Shown: in pieces, positions 48,828-58,107 of the stretch | How positions within the stretch are numbered: the first letter of the stretch is position 1 | Layout of the letters: each line of letters opens with the position of its first letter | Source: an uncultured Sphingomicrobium sp. | GTDB taxonomy: Bacteria; Pseudomonadota; Alphaproteobacteria; Sphingomonadales; Sphingomonadaceae | Assembly: GCA_964243335.1 (NCBI GenBank) | Contig: CAXTED010000008.1 | Span: 49,099-113,098 of the forward strand | Length of the DNA: 64,000 nt | Reading direction: 5' to 3' | Notes under the pieces: model-generated | Database searches by the model: none | Seen by the model: the letters and a program-made list of their open reading frames with translations, nothing else | What the model was told of the DNA's origin: nothing | Made by a program: the position numbers and the translations under genes

Positions 48828-48968
48828 CTACTTGTGGCCGCCGTGACCGGAATTTTGCTTGTGGCCGGTGCGGCTGTTGCTCTCGCCTTTCTCGTGCGCT
48901 TTCTTGTTGCCGCCGACATCGCCGGTGCGCGCCTGGTCGAAGTCGCCCTTTTTCTTGTGGTCGGTCAT
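48828..48968 (-). CDS. Unlisted small ORF, 46 aa, His/Lys/Gly-rich hydrophilic protein (KGG/stress-protein-like)
   Basis: My translation is MTDHKKKGDFDQARTGDVGGNKKAHEKGESNSRTGHKQNSGHGGHK. An RBS GGAAGGA lies 9 nt upstream. Third codon positions are strongly G/C, like neighbouring genes. It has its own hairpin terminator. Confidence 0.6.
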   Translation of the reverse strand: MTDHKKKGDFDQARTGDVGGNKKAHEKGESNSRTGHKQNSGHGGHK

Positions 48969-49079
48969 TGTCTGTTGTCCTTCCGGTCGTTCAGTGGAGG
49001 AAAGCTCGGGCAGCCAAGTGGTTGCTTGTTCTAACCTGCGCTAGGCACTCCTGGTCGCCGTTATTCCGAGGTCTCGTTC

Positions 49080-50366
49080 ATGCCAGCCGCGCCTACCCAG
49101 ACGAGCCGCGTTCGCAACATCCTCGGCGGATCGCTGGGCAATATGGTCGAGTGGTACGACTGGTACGTCTATTCGGCTTTCACATTGTATTTCGCGCCGA
49201 TCTTTTTCCCGGCCGGCGACCGCACCGCGCAATTGCTGAGCGCGGCGGCGGTGTTCGCCGTGGGGTTCGTGATGCGGCCCGTGGGTGCTTGGGTGATGGG
49301 CATTTACGCCGACCGCCGCGGACGCAAGGCGGGGCTGACGCTGTCGGTCAGCCTGATGTGCCTGGGATCGCTTATGATCGCGGTGACTCCTGGCTATGCC
49401 GCAATCGGGACATGGGCGCCGGCGATCCTGGTGCTCGCGCGTTTGATGCAGGGGCTGAGCGTCGGCGGCGAATATGGCGCCAGTGCAACCTATTTGAGCG
49501 AAATGGCGGGACGGAAGCGGCGCGGGTTCTTCTCCAGCTTCCAATACGTCACGCTGATTTCGGGACAGTTGCTTGCGACCGCCGTGTTGCTGGTGCTGCA
49601 AGCGACCATGAGTGAGAGCGCGCTCGAGGCGTGGGGATGGCGCATCCCGTTTGCGATCGGCGCGGTGCTGGCCATCGTGGTGTTCTTTCTTCGGCGCAGG
49701 TTGGCGGAAACCGAGAGTTTCGCGGCCGGGCAGGCCTCGGGCGCGCCCAAGTCGAGCGCATGGCTGCTGTTCCGGTCGCATCCCAAAGAGGCGCTGCTGG
49801 TGATGGCGTTGACGTCCGGAGGGACGCTCGCCTTCTACGCCTACACCACATACATGCAGAAATTCCTGGTCAATACGTCCGGCTTCGGGCGTGAGACCGC
49901 CACGGCGATCACCGGCGCTGCGCTGTTCGTGTACATGCTGTTGCAGCCGGCCGCCGGTGCGCTGTCGGACCGCGTCGGGCGGCGGCCGCTGATGATCGCT
50001 TTCGGCATCGCGGGCGTGTTGCTGACGGTGCCGATCTTCACGCTGCTCGAGCGAGTGAACGATCCGCTGATCGCGTTCGCCTTGGTGCTTGGAGCGCTGG
50101 TAATCGTGACCGGCTACACGTCGATCAATGCGGTGGTGAAGGCGGAGCTGTTCCCGGCGCACATCCGCGCGCTTGGGGTCGCGCTGCCGTACGCGCTGGC
50201 GAATACCTTGTTCGGTGGAACGGCGGAGTATGTCGCCTTGTGGCTCAAGGGGGCGGGGCTTGAGAGCGTCTTCTATTGGTATGTGACAGCGATGATCGGG
50301 GTCTCCCTGATCACTTACTGGCGGATGCGCGAGACCCGCGATCACAGCCACATCGCGGAGGATTAA
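49080..50366 (+). CDS. MFS transporter, metabolite:H+ symporter family (KgtP/ProP-like)
   Basis: GNMVEWYDWYVYS, ADRRGRKAGL, 12 TM segments, 428 aa. Confidence 0.85.
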   Translation: MPAAPTQTSRVRNILGGSLGNMVEWYDWYVYSAFTLYFAPIFFPAGDRTAQLLSAAAVFAVGFVMRPVGAWVMGIYADRRGRKAGLTLSVSLMCLGSLMIAVTPGYAAIGTWAPAILVLARLMQGLSVGGEYGASATYLSEMAGRKRRGFFSSFQYVTLISGQLLATAVLLVLQATMSESALEAWGWRIPFAIGAVLAIVVFFLRRRLAETESFAAGQASGAPKSSAWLLFRSHPKEALLVMALTSGGTLAFYAYTTYMQKFLVNTSGFGRETATAITGAALFVYMLLQPAAGALSDRVGRRPLMIAFGIAGVLLTVPIFTLLERVNDPLIAFALVLGALVIVTGYTSINAVVKAELFPAHIRALGVALPYALANTLFGGTAEYVALWLKGAGLESVFYWYVTAMIGVSLITYWRMRETRDHSHIAED

Positions 50367-51250
50367 GCGCCGGCGCTGAGGATCAGCACAGGCCACTCGC
50401 CGGGGCCGCGGCTTAGTTCGGTAAGGCCCTGCGCGACATAGGCAGCGGAGACGGCGTCCGCCTGGGTGTCGAGCAGGCCGGCGAGGATGACGTGGGCGCC
50501 CGGCTGCAGCGCGGCGGCAAACGCCGGAGCTAAGTCGATCAACGGGCCGGCAAGGATGTTGGCAATCAGCAGGTCGAACGGGGCGCGGGCGAGCAGATCG
50601 GGGGCGGCCATGCCATCGGCCACGATCATCGCCACCTCGCCCGGTGCGTCGCCGACCGGGATGGCGTTGAGCGCGGCATTGTCGATGGCGACGTCCACGG
50701 CGACCGGATCGATGTCGGTGGCGATCACGCGAGCGTCGCGCCAGAGCGCGCGGGCTGCAAAGGCGAGGAGGCCAGTGCCGCTGCCAATGTCCGCGATGTT
50801 GGCGAACTGCACGCCCTCTGCCGCCAAACGATCCAGCGCCAGAAGACAGCCGAGGGTGGTGTGGTGCTGGCCGGTGCCGAAGGCGAGGCCGGCATCAATC
50901 TCGAACGCGGTTGCGCCTGACGGCACCTCGTCGCGGTGGACGGGCGTGTGGACGAAGAAGCGGCCGGCTCGGATCGGCTCTAGGCCCGCCTGGCTTTGCG
51001 TGACCCAGTCCTGGTCGGGCAGTTCCTCCACCCGCGCCGTGCCGTGGCCGAGCGGCTGGAGAAGCGCGAGCGCGGAGGGGGCGGGTTCATGCTCGAAGTA
51101 AGCGTGGAGCAGCCAGGCGTCGGGCTGATGCTCGTCGGGTTCGTCCACCACCAGCACCGGAGCGTCGTGCGCCTCGCCGAACAGGTCGTCGGCATCGGGC
51201 AGGGCTTCGGCCTGGGCGCGAGTGCAGGCAAGGGTGACGCGCCAGCTCAT
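50363..51250 (-). CDS. prmA: Ribosomal protein L11 methyltransferase
   Basis: The internal ATG at 51250 gives MSWRVTLACTRAQAEAL.. It has FGTGQHHTTLGCL and the SAM motif DIGSGTGLLA. The listed 557-aa ORF reads on upstream through the neighbouring MBL gene region in another frame. The stop overlaps the convergent MFS stop (TTAA). Confidence 0.85.
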   Translation of the reverse strand: MSWRVTLACTRAQAEALPDADDLFGEAHDAPVLVVDEPDEHQPDAWLLHAYFEHEPAPSALALLQPLGHGTARVEELPDQDWVTQSQAGLEPIRAGRFFVHTPVHRDEVPSGATAFEIDAGLAFGTGQHHTTLGCLLALDRLAAEGVQFANIADIGSGTGLLAFAARALWRDARVIATDIDPVAVDVAIDNAALNAIPVGDAPGEVAMIVADGMAAPDLLARAPFDLLIANILAGPLIDLAPAFAAALQPGAHVILAGLLDTQADAVSAAYVAQGLTELSRGPGEWPVLILSAGA

Positions 51251-52089
51251 CGGGCAGGCGCCGGTTCCGACGCAAGGCGCTTGTCGAGGTTGGCGATGCC
51301 CACTGCCGCGTAGGCCTGACAGGCGGAAGGATCCGTCAGCGGAGCCTTGCCGCCGAAGCGCTCGAACAACCGGCTGCCGGACGGATGCGGCGTGATCAGC
51401 AGGTCGCAGCGGATGGCGGCAAGCCGCGCCATGCCCGCGCGAAAGGCCGCGACGTGCGCCGGGTGATCGTTGAAGCGATAGCCGTCGGCGGAGATGGCGC
51501 TGACGCTGTCGGCATAAGCGACGTTCAGGCAGCGGCTCCGCTCGCAGGAGCGCCAGGTCCAAGAGGTGCTGCCGGGTGCATGGCCGGTGGTCGCATGAGC
51601 GGTCAGGGCAAGCGGGCCGAGGCGAACCACCTGCCCGTGGCGCAACGTAGCCGCAACCCGTGTCGGGGCAAGCTTGTCGAGCGCGCCCGCTTGTGGGTCG
51701 CGCTGCTCGACCATGCCGGTCACCAGCGTGGTTCTTGCTGCATCCAGAACCATCACGCGGGCGCCGGTGCGCATCTGAAGTTCGGCGATCCCGCCCGCAT
51801 GATCGAAATGCTCGTGACTGTTGAGGATGATCTTCACGTCTCGGAGCCGGAAACCGAGCCGGGTGATGTTGGCGGCAATCAGCGGCGCGGCTTGCGGCGT
51901 CCCGCCGTCGATCAGAATGTGTCCCTGAGGCGACGTAATCAGCAGTGACGTCAAGCCGCAGGTGCCGACGTAAAAGGTACTGCCATGAATACGCGCAGGC
52001 GGAGCGGGCACGTTCCAGCCGTCGTTGCCCTCGCACGCCTTAGCCAGAGCGGCGGGGGTCGCGGCGAGCAAGGCGAGGCTAACGAACAA
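51247..52089 (-). CDS. Subclass B3 metallo-beta-lactamase-like MBL-fold hydrolase (secreted)
   Basis: YVGTCGLTSLLITSPQGHILIDGG, zinc motif NSHEHFDHAGG (HxHxDH), GHAPGSTSW, and ITPHPS. The N-terminus is signal-like. The stop overlaps the prmA ATG (ATGA). Confidence 0.75.
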   Translation of the reverse strand: MFVSLALLAATPAALAKACEGNDGWNVPAPPARIHGSTFYVGTCGLTSLLITSPQGHILIDGGTPQAAPLIAANITRLGFRLRDVKIILNSHEHFDHAGGIAELQMRTGARVMVLDAARTTLVTGMVEQRDPQAGALDKLAPTRVAATLRHGQVVRLGPLALTAHATTGHAPGSTSWTWRSCERSRCLNVAYADSVSAISADGYRFNDHPAHVAAFRAGMARLAAIRCDLLITPHPSGSRLFERFGGKAPLTDPSACQAYAAVGIANLDKRLASEPAPAR

Positions 52090-52780
52090 AGCTGGCCCCG
52101 TTTGCGTCCATTACGCTGCCGGTTGAGGAGGGGGGCGCTTCGGTGGCGAGCCAGCGGATGATCTCGCCGATCTCCGCGGCGCTGGCGACACGGCCCAAGG
52201 GTATCTCCGCGAGAATCTTCACGCCGCCGCGGCTGGCGAGATATTCTTCCGTCATCTCGGTCACCGTGAAGCCGGGGCAAACCGCGAAGGCCAGGATGTT
52301 CTCATGAGCATAGCCGCGGGCGATGGTCTTGGTGACGCCGATCATCGCGGCTTTCGAGGCGGCATAGTGCCAGTGCTGGGGCGAGTCTCCGCGATAGGCG
52401 GCCCGGCTGGCGACGTTGACGATGCGGCCCCCACCGATGGTACGGAAGTGCTGGATGGCCAGGCGGCTGAGGTCGGACGAGGCCTGCAGATTGACGGTCA
52501 TGGTGCGCGCCCATGCGGCGTGCCACTCGGCGTCGAGGGCGTTGTCGGACACGCCTTCATAGACTCCCGCATTGTTGATCAGTGCGTCGACGCGTCCGCC
52601 GAGTTGATCGAGCGCGGCGTCCCACAAGGCGCGTGGGGCGGCAGGGTCGGACAAGTCGGCGCCGAGCAGGCCGTTGCCGCCGCGGGTGGAGTGGCCGGCG
52701 ACATTGTGCCCGGCTGCAGTGAGCGCGGCAGCCGCGGCGGCGCCGATGCCGCGGCTGGAACCGGTGAGGAGTATGTTCAT
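52079..52780 (-). CDS. Classical SDR-family oxidoreductase
   Basis: LLTGSSRGIGAAAA (TGxxxGIG), NNAG, and catalytic YAASKAA. Confidence 0.85.
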   Translation of the reverse strand: MNILLTGSSRGIGAAAAAALTAAGHNVAGHSTRGGNGLLGADLSDPAAPRALWDAALDQLGGRVDALINNAGVYEGVSDNALDAEWHAAWARTMTVNLQASSDLSRLAIQHFRTIGGGRIVNVASRAAYRGDSPQHWHYAASKAAMIGVTKTIARGYAHENILAFAVCPGFTVTEMTEEYLASRGGVKILAEIPLGRVASAAEIGEIIRWLATEAPPSSTGSVMDANGASFVR

Positions 52781-52852
52781 GCAGGCCGGTTAGCGCGGGT
52801 CGGGGCGAGCCGTCACCCCTTATCCGCGGTGACGTCGCTGCATCGTTCTACC

Positions 52853-54190
52853 TCAAGCAGCGAAGCCGCTGACGAAATCGCTGGTCACGTTGCGGAAGTC
52901 GCTGATTTGTTCGGAGAAGCGGCCGAAACCCGATTCCACCTGATCGATGTCGCGGGCGACATTTTCCGTGTCGGAGCGGATCGCGGCGATGGTGGAGCTC
53001 ATCGAATCGGCCGCAAGCGCGGTTTCGTCCACGGCGGCGGTGATCATGGTGACGGTCTGCGCCTGAAGCTCCATCGCCTGGCGGATGCGGTCGGCGGAGT
53101 GCTGCACCTCCTCGACCGTGGACTGGATCGAGCCATTGGCATCCACCGTCTGGCGGGTGGCAAGCTGAATCGCCGTGATCTTGGCGGTGATGTCGTCGGT
53201 GGCACGCGCCGTCTGGCTGGCGAGCGATTTCACTTCCTGCGCGACCACTGCGAAACCGCGGCCGGCGTCACCGGCGCGCGCCGCCTCGATGGTGGCGTTG
53301 AGCGCGAGGAGGTTGGTCTGGCCGGCGATGTCGCGGATCAGGCCGAGGATGGATTCGATCGCCTGAACGTGGGCGGACAGCGCCTGGCTGACCTGCACGG
53401 CCTTGCTGGCCTGATCGCCCGCGCGGGTCGCGACGTCGGCGGCGACCTCCACTTCGGAGCGAGCGTCCTCGATGGCGCGAATGAGACCGGCGGCGGTTTG
53501 CGCGGCTTCACGCATGGCAACGGCCGATTGCTCGGCCGCGGCGGCGACTTCACTGGTTTTGCCGAGCATGCCGCGAGCGCTTTGCGACGTGGCGGCCGAT
53601 TGGGCGCGCAATTGGTCGCTTTCGCCGGTGCAGCGGGAGACGACGCCCATAACCTTGCGATTGAACTCGCCGGCCTGCTCGGCCTGACGGGTGTCGACTT
53701 CGGCGCGGGTGATCTGGATGGCATGATGAACGAACACGTCGATCTCGAGCGACTCGGTCTCGCTCAACGTGCGGCAGGCGGCGATGATGGCGTCAGGATC
53801 GGTGATGACCGAGCGTATAGCGGCGTAAGCGGCTTCGGTCTCCGAGTGGAGGCCGGCCAGCAGGGTCGATAGGCTGACGTTCGCGCCCAATGCGCGCTCG
53901 ACATAGCCGCGGGCGGTCTCCACCCAGGCAGGCTGATCAACGCGCAGGAACTTGTCGCGAAGGTAGGGCACGATGCGTGCGGCGAGTTCCTCGACCTGGG
54001 CATCGCTGATGGGCGTGCGGATTTCTTCGGAACTGCGGTAGCGATTCCAGAAGGCGCGAGCCATGGTCAGCTCCGCATCCTTGATCTGAGACCAAAGGTC
54101 GGCGGCGCGGCCGGGCAGATTGCCGCCCTCGTCATACAGGCGCAGCGCGCGCTGGAGATCGAAGCGCAAGATGTTCCGCCCTGACGGCAT
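52853..54190 (-). CDS. Soluble methyl-accepting chemotaxis protein (no TM, no HAMP) with N-terminal globin-coupled-sensor-like domain
   Basis: MCP signalling hairpin [37 protein letters not shown]. No hydrophobic segment is present. The roughly 170-aa N-terminal helical domain is only loosely globin-sensor-like, and I could not place a proximal His. Confidence 0.75.
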   Translation of the reverse strand: MPSGRNILRFDLQRALRLYDEGGNLPGRAADLWSQIKDAELTMARAFWNRYRSSEEIRTPISDAQVEELAARIVPYLRDKFLRVDQPAWVETARGYVERALGANVSLSTLLAGLHSETEAAYAAIRSVITDPDAIIAACRTLSETESLEIDVFVHHAIQITRAEVDTRQAEQAGEFNRKVMGVVSRCTGESDQLRAQSAATSQSARGMLGKTSEVAAAAEQSAVAMREAAQTAAGLIRAIEDARSEVEVAADVATRAGDQASKAVQVSQALSAHVQAIESILGLIRDIAGQTNLLALNATIEAARAGDAGRGFAVVAQEVKSLASQTARATDDITAKITAIQLATRQTVDANGSIQSTVEEVQHSADRIRQAMELQAQTVTMITAAVDETALAADSMSSTIAAIRSDTENVARDIDQVESGFGRFSEQISDFRNVTSDFVSGFAA

Positions 54191-54387
54191 CGGTATTTCC
54201 CCGTAGTGGTGTTCGAAGCCTGCATATCGGCGCCATTGGTTAAAGGCGGGTTAGGCCGAGCGGTGTTTTCCGCACATTCCGGCGACGCGCCCTTGTTCAG
54301 GTGCGGCCTTGTGACCACCTTGCTCTCACGAGCCGGTCGGCCTAATCGCCGCCCACGTCTTTGGTTCAGGAGCGTTTGAAACCCCGC

Positions 54388-54783
54388 ATGGTTCGTAACA
54401 CCGCCCGGCCGCTGTCGCCGCACCTCACCGTCTGGCGCTGGGGGCCGCACATGCTGGTTTCCATCCTTCACCGTGCCACCGGCATGGCCCTCACCATTGC
54501 CGGTCTGGCGCTGCTGACATGGTGGCTGCTGGCGATTGCCGGCGGCGCCGCGGCGTATGAAGACTTCTTTGCCGTCGCTACGCACCCATTGGGCCTGTTC
54601 GTGCTGATCGGCCTGACGTGGGCATTCTTTCAACATACGCTGTCGGGCGTTCGCCACCTGATCCAGGATAGCGGAGCGGGCTACGAACTCACCCGCAACA
54701 AGGCGATGGCCTATGCGACCATGATCGGGTCGGTAATCCTGACGGTCGCCATGTGGGCCTATCTGCTGCTGTTGCGGGCATGA
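54388..54783 (+). CDS. sdhC: Succinate dehydrogenase cytochrome b556 subunit
   Basis: RPLSPHLTVWRW..SILHRATG and three TM helices. ATG at 54388. Confidence 0.9.
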   Translation: MVRNTARPLSPHLTVWRWGPHMLVSILHRATGMALTIAGLALLTWWLLAIAGGAAAYEDFFAVATHPLGLFVLIGLTWAFFQHTLSGVRHLIQDSGAGYELTRNKAMAYATMIGSVILTVAMWAYLLLLRA

Positions 54784-55214
54784 CCGGCCCCAAGGACATG
54801 GGCGGGCACGCCCGCCGTGACGGGCCCGACGGCAAGACCCCGCTGGGGCAAGTGCGCGGTCTGGGCTCGGCGCATCATGGCGGCACCCACTGGATTCGTG
54901 AGCGCGTGTCGTCGGCGGCGCTGCTGCTGCTCGGCACTTGGTTCATCGTGTCGATGCTGGTTCTGCCTGACCTTCGCCAAGCGACGCTTGTGGAGTGGCT
55001 GAGTGGGGCGGGCGGCTTCGTGCCGATGGCCCTGTTCGTCTATCTTAGCTTCGAACACAGCGTCGAGGGCGTGAAGGTCATCGTCGACGATTATCAGGGT
55101 GACGAGGGTGGCCGCATGTTCTGGCACATCGTCAGCCTGTTTCTTCACATCGGCACCGGCGCGCTGGCCTTGTTTGCGCTTGCCCGGATTGCATTTGGAA
55201 ACCCTATCGCATGA
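54780..55214 (+). CDS. sdhD: Succinate dehydrogenase hydrophobic membrane anchor subunit
   Basis: The ATG overlaps the sdhC stop (ATGA). It has [20 protein letters not shown] and three TM helices. Confidence 0.85.
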   Translation: MTGPKDMGGHARRDGPDGKTPLGQVRGLGSAHHGGTHWIRERVSSAALLLLGTWFIVSMLVLPDLRQATLVEWLSGAGGFVPMALFVYLSFEHSVEGVKVIVDDYQGDEGGRMFWHIVSLFLHIGTGALALFALARIAFGNPIA

Positions 55215-57025
55215 GCGACGCGTACAAGATTATCGACCATGTTTATGACGTTGTGGTCGTGGGGGCCGGCGGGGCCGGGCTTCGCGCCACCATGGGGGCC
55301 GCCGAGAAGGGCCTCAAGACCGCGTGCATCACCAAGGTATTTCCGACGCGCAGCCACACGGTTGCTGCGCAGGGCGGGATTGCAGCGTCGCTCGGCAACA
55401 TGGGGCCGGATCACTGGACCTGGCACATGTACGATACCGTCAAGGGCTCCGATTGGCTCGGGGACCAGGACGCTATTGAATATCTGTGCCGCGAGGCTCC
55501 AGCGGCGGTGTACGAACTCGAGCACTACGGCATGCCGTTCAGTCGCACCGACGAGGGCCGCATCTACCAGCGCGCGTTTGGCGGCATGACTCAGAACATG
55601 GGCGAAGGTCCGGCGGCGCAGCGTACCTGCGCCGCGGCCGACCGAACCGGCCATGCAATGCTGCACGCTTTGTACCAGCAGAGCCTGAAGTACTCGTCCG
55701 ACTTCTTCGTGGAGTATTTCGCGCTCGACCTGATCATGGTCGACGGCGAGTGCCGCGGCGTGGTGGCGATGTGCATGGACGATGGATCGATCCACCGCTT
55801 TCGCTCGCAGGCGGTGGTGCTGGCGACGGGCGGTTACGGCCGCTGCTATTTCTCCGCGACTTCGGCGCACACCTGCACCGGCGACGGCAATGCCATGGTG
55901 CTTCGTGCCGGCCTGCCGCTGCAGGACATGGAGTTCGTGCAATTCCATCCGACCGGCATCTACGGGGCGGGCGTGCTGATCACCGAAGGCGCGCGCGGCG
56001 AGGGTGGTTATCTGACCAACTCGGCGGGTGAGCGGTTCATGGAGCGCTACGCTCCGTCGGCCAAGGACCTTGCGAGCCGCGACGTGGTGTCGCGGTCGAT
56101 GGCGATGGAAATTCGCGAGGGTCGCGGCGTCGGCAAGGAAAAGGATCATATCCACCTTCACCTCGACCATATCGATCCGAAGATCCTGGCCGAGCGCCTT
56201 CCGGGTATCACCGAGACGGCGATGATCTTCGCCGGCGTGGACATGACCCGCCAGCCGATCCCTGTGACGCCCACGGTGCATTACAACATGGGCGGTATCC
56301 CGACGAACTATCATGGCGAGGTCGTTACCTTGCGCGGCGGCGACCCCGATGCGGTCGTGCCGGGCCTGTTCGCGGTCGGCGAAGCTGCCTGCGTGTCGGT
56401 GCACGGTGCCAATCGCCTAGGCTCCAACAGCCTGATCGACCTGGTCGTGTTCGGCCGCGCCGCGGGGCACCGCCTGGGCGAAGTGGTCAAGGCGGGCGCA
56501 GCGCAGAAGCTGCTGCCGACCGACAGCGCTGAGTTGTCGCTGAGCCGGCTCGACCATTTCCGCTATGCCAATGGCGATTCCAAGACTTCGCAGATCCGGC
56601 TCGAGATGCAGAAGACCATGCAGGCCGACTGCGCGGTGTTCCGCACCGAGGCGACGCTGGCCGAGGGCGTGGGCAAGATCGACGCGGTTTATGCGCGCAT
56701 GCAGGACGTGCAGGTGACCGACCGTAGCCTGATCTGGAACACCGACCTGATCGAGACCATGGAGCTCGACAACATGCTCGGCCAGGCGGTGGTAACGATG
56801 CATTGCGCGGCTAATCGCAAGGAAAGCCGCGGCGCCCACATGCACGAGGATTATGCCAGCCGCGACGATGCCAATTGGATGAAGCATACCGTGGCCTGGT
56901 TCGACGGCTGGGGCGGCAAGGCCGGTGCGAGCGGCGGCGGGGTCAAGATCGACTACCGCCCGGTGCACGAATATACGCTGACCAAGGAAATCGAGTACAT
57001 CAAGCCCAAGGCTCGGGTGTACTGA
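55211..57025 (+). CDS. sdhA: Succinate dehydrogenase flavoprotein subunit
   Basis: [14 protein letters not shown], the covalent-FAD His context [10 protein letters not shown], and full-length SdhA text. Confidence 0.95.
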   Translation: MSDAYKIIDHVYDVVVVGAGGAGLRATMGAAEKGLKTACITKVFPTRSHTVAAQGGIAASLGNMGPDHWTWHMYDTVKGSDWLGDQDAIEYLCREAPAAVYELEHYGMPFSRTDEGRIYQRAFGGMTQNMGEGPAAQRTCAAADRTGHAMLHALYQQSLKYSSDFFVEYFALDLIMVDGECRGVVAMCMDDGSIHRFRSQAVVLATGGYGRCYFSATSAHTCTGDGNAMVLRAGLPLQDMEFVQFHPTGIYGAGVLITEGARGEGGYLTNSAGERFMERYAPSAKDLASRDVVSRSMAMEIREGRGVGKEKDHIHLHLDHIDPKILAERLPGITETAMIFAGVDMTRQPIPVTPTVHYNMGGIPTNYHGEVVTLRGGDPDAVVPGLFAVGEAACVSVHGANRLGSNSLIDLVVFGRAAGHRLGEVVKAGAAQKLLPTDSAELSLSRLDHFRYANGDSKTSQIRLEMQKTMQADCAVFRTEATLAEGVGKIDAVYARMQDVQVTDRSLIWNTDLIETMELDNMLGQAVVTMHCAANRKESRGAHMHEDYASRDDANWMKHTVAWFDGWGGKAGASGGGVKIDYRPVHEYTLTKEIEYIKPKARVY

Positions 57026-57047
57026 TCAAGCTGGCCAGGTGAAGTCG

Positions 57048-57090
57048 CAGGAGGCGCGGACCAAGTGGTTCGTGCCTCCTGTTCGTTTCG
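57048..57090 (+). terminator. Terminator-like hairpin after sdhA
   Basis: CAGGAGGC..GGACC-aagt-GGTTC..GCCTCCTG followed by TTCGTTTCGG. Confidence 0.55.
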
Positions 57091-57147
57091 GACGATGGTT
57101 CGGCTCTGCTTGCCACGGCGCGCTAACCCTCTATTGCCCGCACGCTT

Positions 57148-58029
57148 ATGACCGATCCCGTACCCCCCAAAAGGATCTTCGCCGACGCGAAGGTCGAGGC
57201 GGAAAACGCCAGCCACATTCCTTCTTCCCCGCAAACGCGGCACGAGGCCTATGCCTTGGCGTTCCAGGACAAGGAGTTCCTGCTTCGCCCCGACCTGCGG
57301 CCGGTGCGCTTCCAGCTTGAGCTGCTGAAGCCCGAGCTGTTCCTGGACGAGCAGAAGATCGGATCGACCTTTGTGTTCTACGGTTCGGCGCGAGTGCCGG
57401 AGCCGACCAAGGCGCGGGCGCTACTGGAAGCCGCGACGGACGACACGAGCCGCAAGATTGCCGAGCGGCTGCTCGCCAAGTCGCATTATTACGATGTCGC
57501 GCGAGAGCTGGCTCGGACTGTCAGCGGCGTGGAGCCCGATACCGACGGACAGCGGCAGTTCGTGGTTTGCTCGGGCGGCGGGCCGTCGTTCATGGAAGCC
57601 GCCAACCGCGGGGCGGACGACGTCGGCGCCGAGTCGATCGGCCTCAACATCGTGTTGCCGCACGAGCAGTTGCCGAACCCTTATGTGACGCCCTCACTGA
57701 GCTTTCAGTTCCACTATTTCGCCCTGCGCAAGATGCACTTTCTGCTGCGGGCTCGGGCCGTGGCAGTGTTCCCGGGTGGCTTCGGGACGTTCGACGAGAT
57801 GTTCGAACTGCTGACGCTCATTCAGACCGGCAAGGTGCGACCGTTGCCGATCCTGCTCTACGGGCGGGAGTTCTGGGAGCGGGTAATCAACTTCGACGCA
57901 CTGGTCGAGGAAGGTGTGATCTCGCAACGCGATCTTAGCCTGCTGACCTGGTGCGAAACCGCCCAGGAGGGATGGGACGCAGTGTGTGCCTATTACGAGG
58001 ATGGCACCGCAGCCGAAGCCGCCGAATGA
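57148..58029 (+). CDS. LOG-family (TIGR00730) nucleotide phosphoribohydrolase-like protein
   Basis: SGGGPSFMEAANRGA and the PGGFGTFDEMFE signature. Confidence 0.8.
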   Translation: MTDPVPPKRIFADAKVEAENASHIPSSPQTRHEAYALAFQDKEFLLRPDLRPVRFQLELLKPELFLDEQKIGSTFVFYGSARVPEPTKARALLEAATDDTSRKIAERLLAKSHYYDVARELARTVSGVEPDTDGQRQFVVCSGGGPSFMEAANRGADDVGAESIGLNIVLPHEQLPNPYVTPSLSFQFHYFALRKMHFLLRARAVAVFPGGFGTFDEMFELLTLIQTGKVRPLPILLYGREFWERVINFDALVEEGVISQRDLSLLTWCETAQEGWDAVCAYYEDGTAAEAAE

Positions 58030-58046
58030 TGATTAGAGAAGGTGCG

Positions 58047-58070
58047 CCTCGGCCGAGGGTTCGGCCGAGG
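58047..58070. terminator. 10-bp perfect GC-rich hairpin between convergent genes
   Basis: CCTCGGCCGA-gggt-TCGGCCGAGG lies between the LOG stop (58029) and the cytochrome c stop (58108). There is no clear U-tract on either strand. Confidence 0.5.
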
Positions 58071-58107
58071 ACCCTAATTGCTCCCCGGCTTGAGCCGTGG
58101 ACGCGTC

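Noticed and set aside
50363-52036. The listed 557-aa ORF as a single protein
   Set aside because: Only the C-terminal 295 aa are PrmA. The upstream part overlaps the MBL-like gene, which is read in a different frame and carries the zinc motifs.
52304-53872. 522-aa plus-strand ORF across the SDR and MCP genes
   Set aside because: It is antisense to an MCP with the canonical signalling hairpin. The translation is Gly/Asp/Ala/Arg-rich and repetitive because it mirrors the MCP heptads.
55145-56404. 419-aa minus-strand ORF inside sdhA, and similar shadows at 22170..23303, 26542..27795, 30705..31949, 47892..49034 and 49041..50396
   Set aside because: Each is antisense to a gene with strong, full-length family similarity, and none has motifs of its own.
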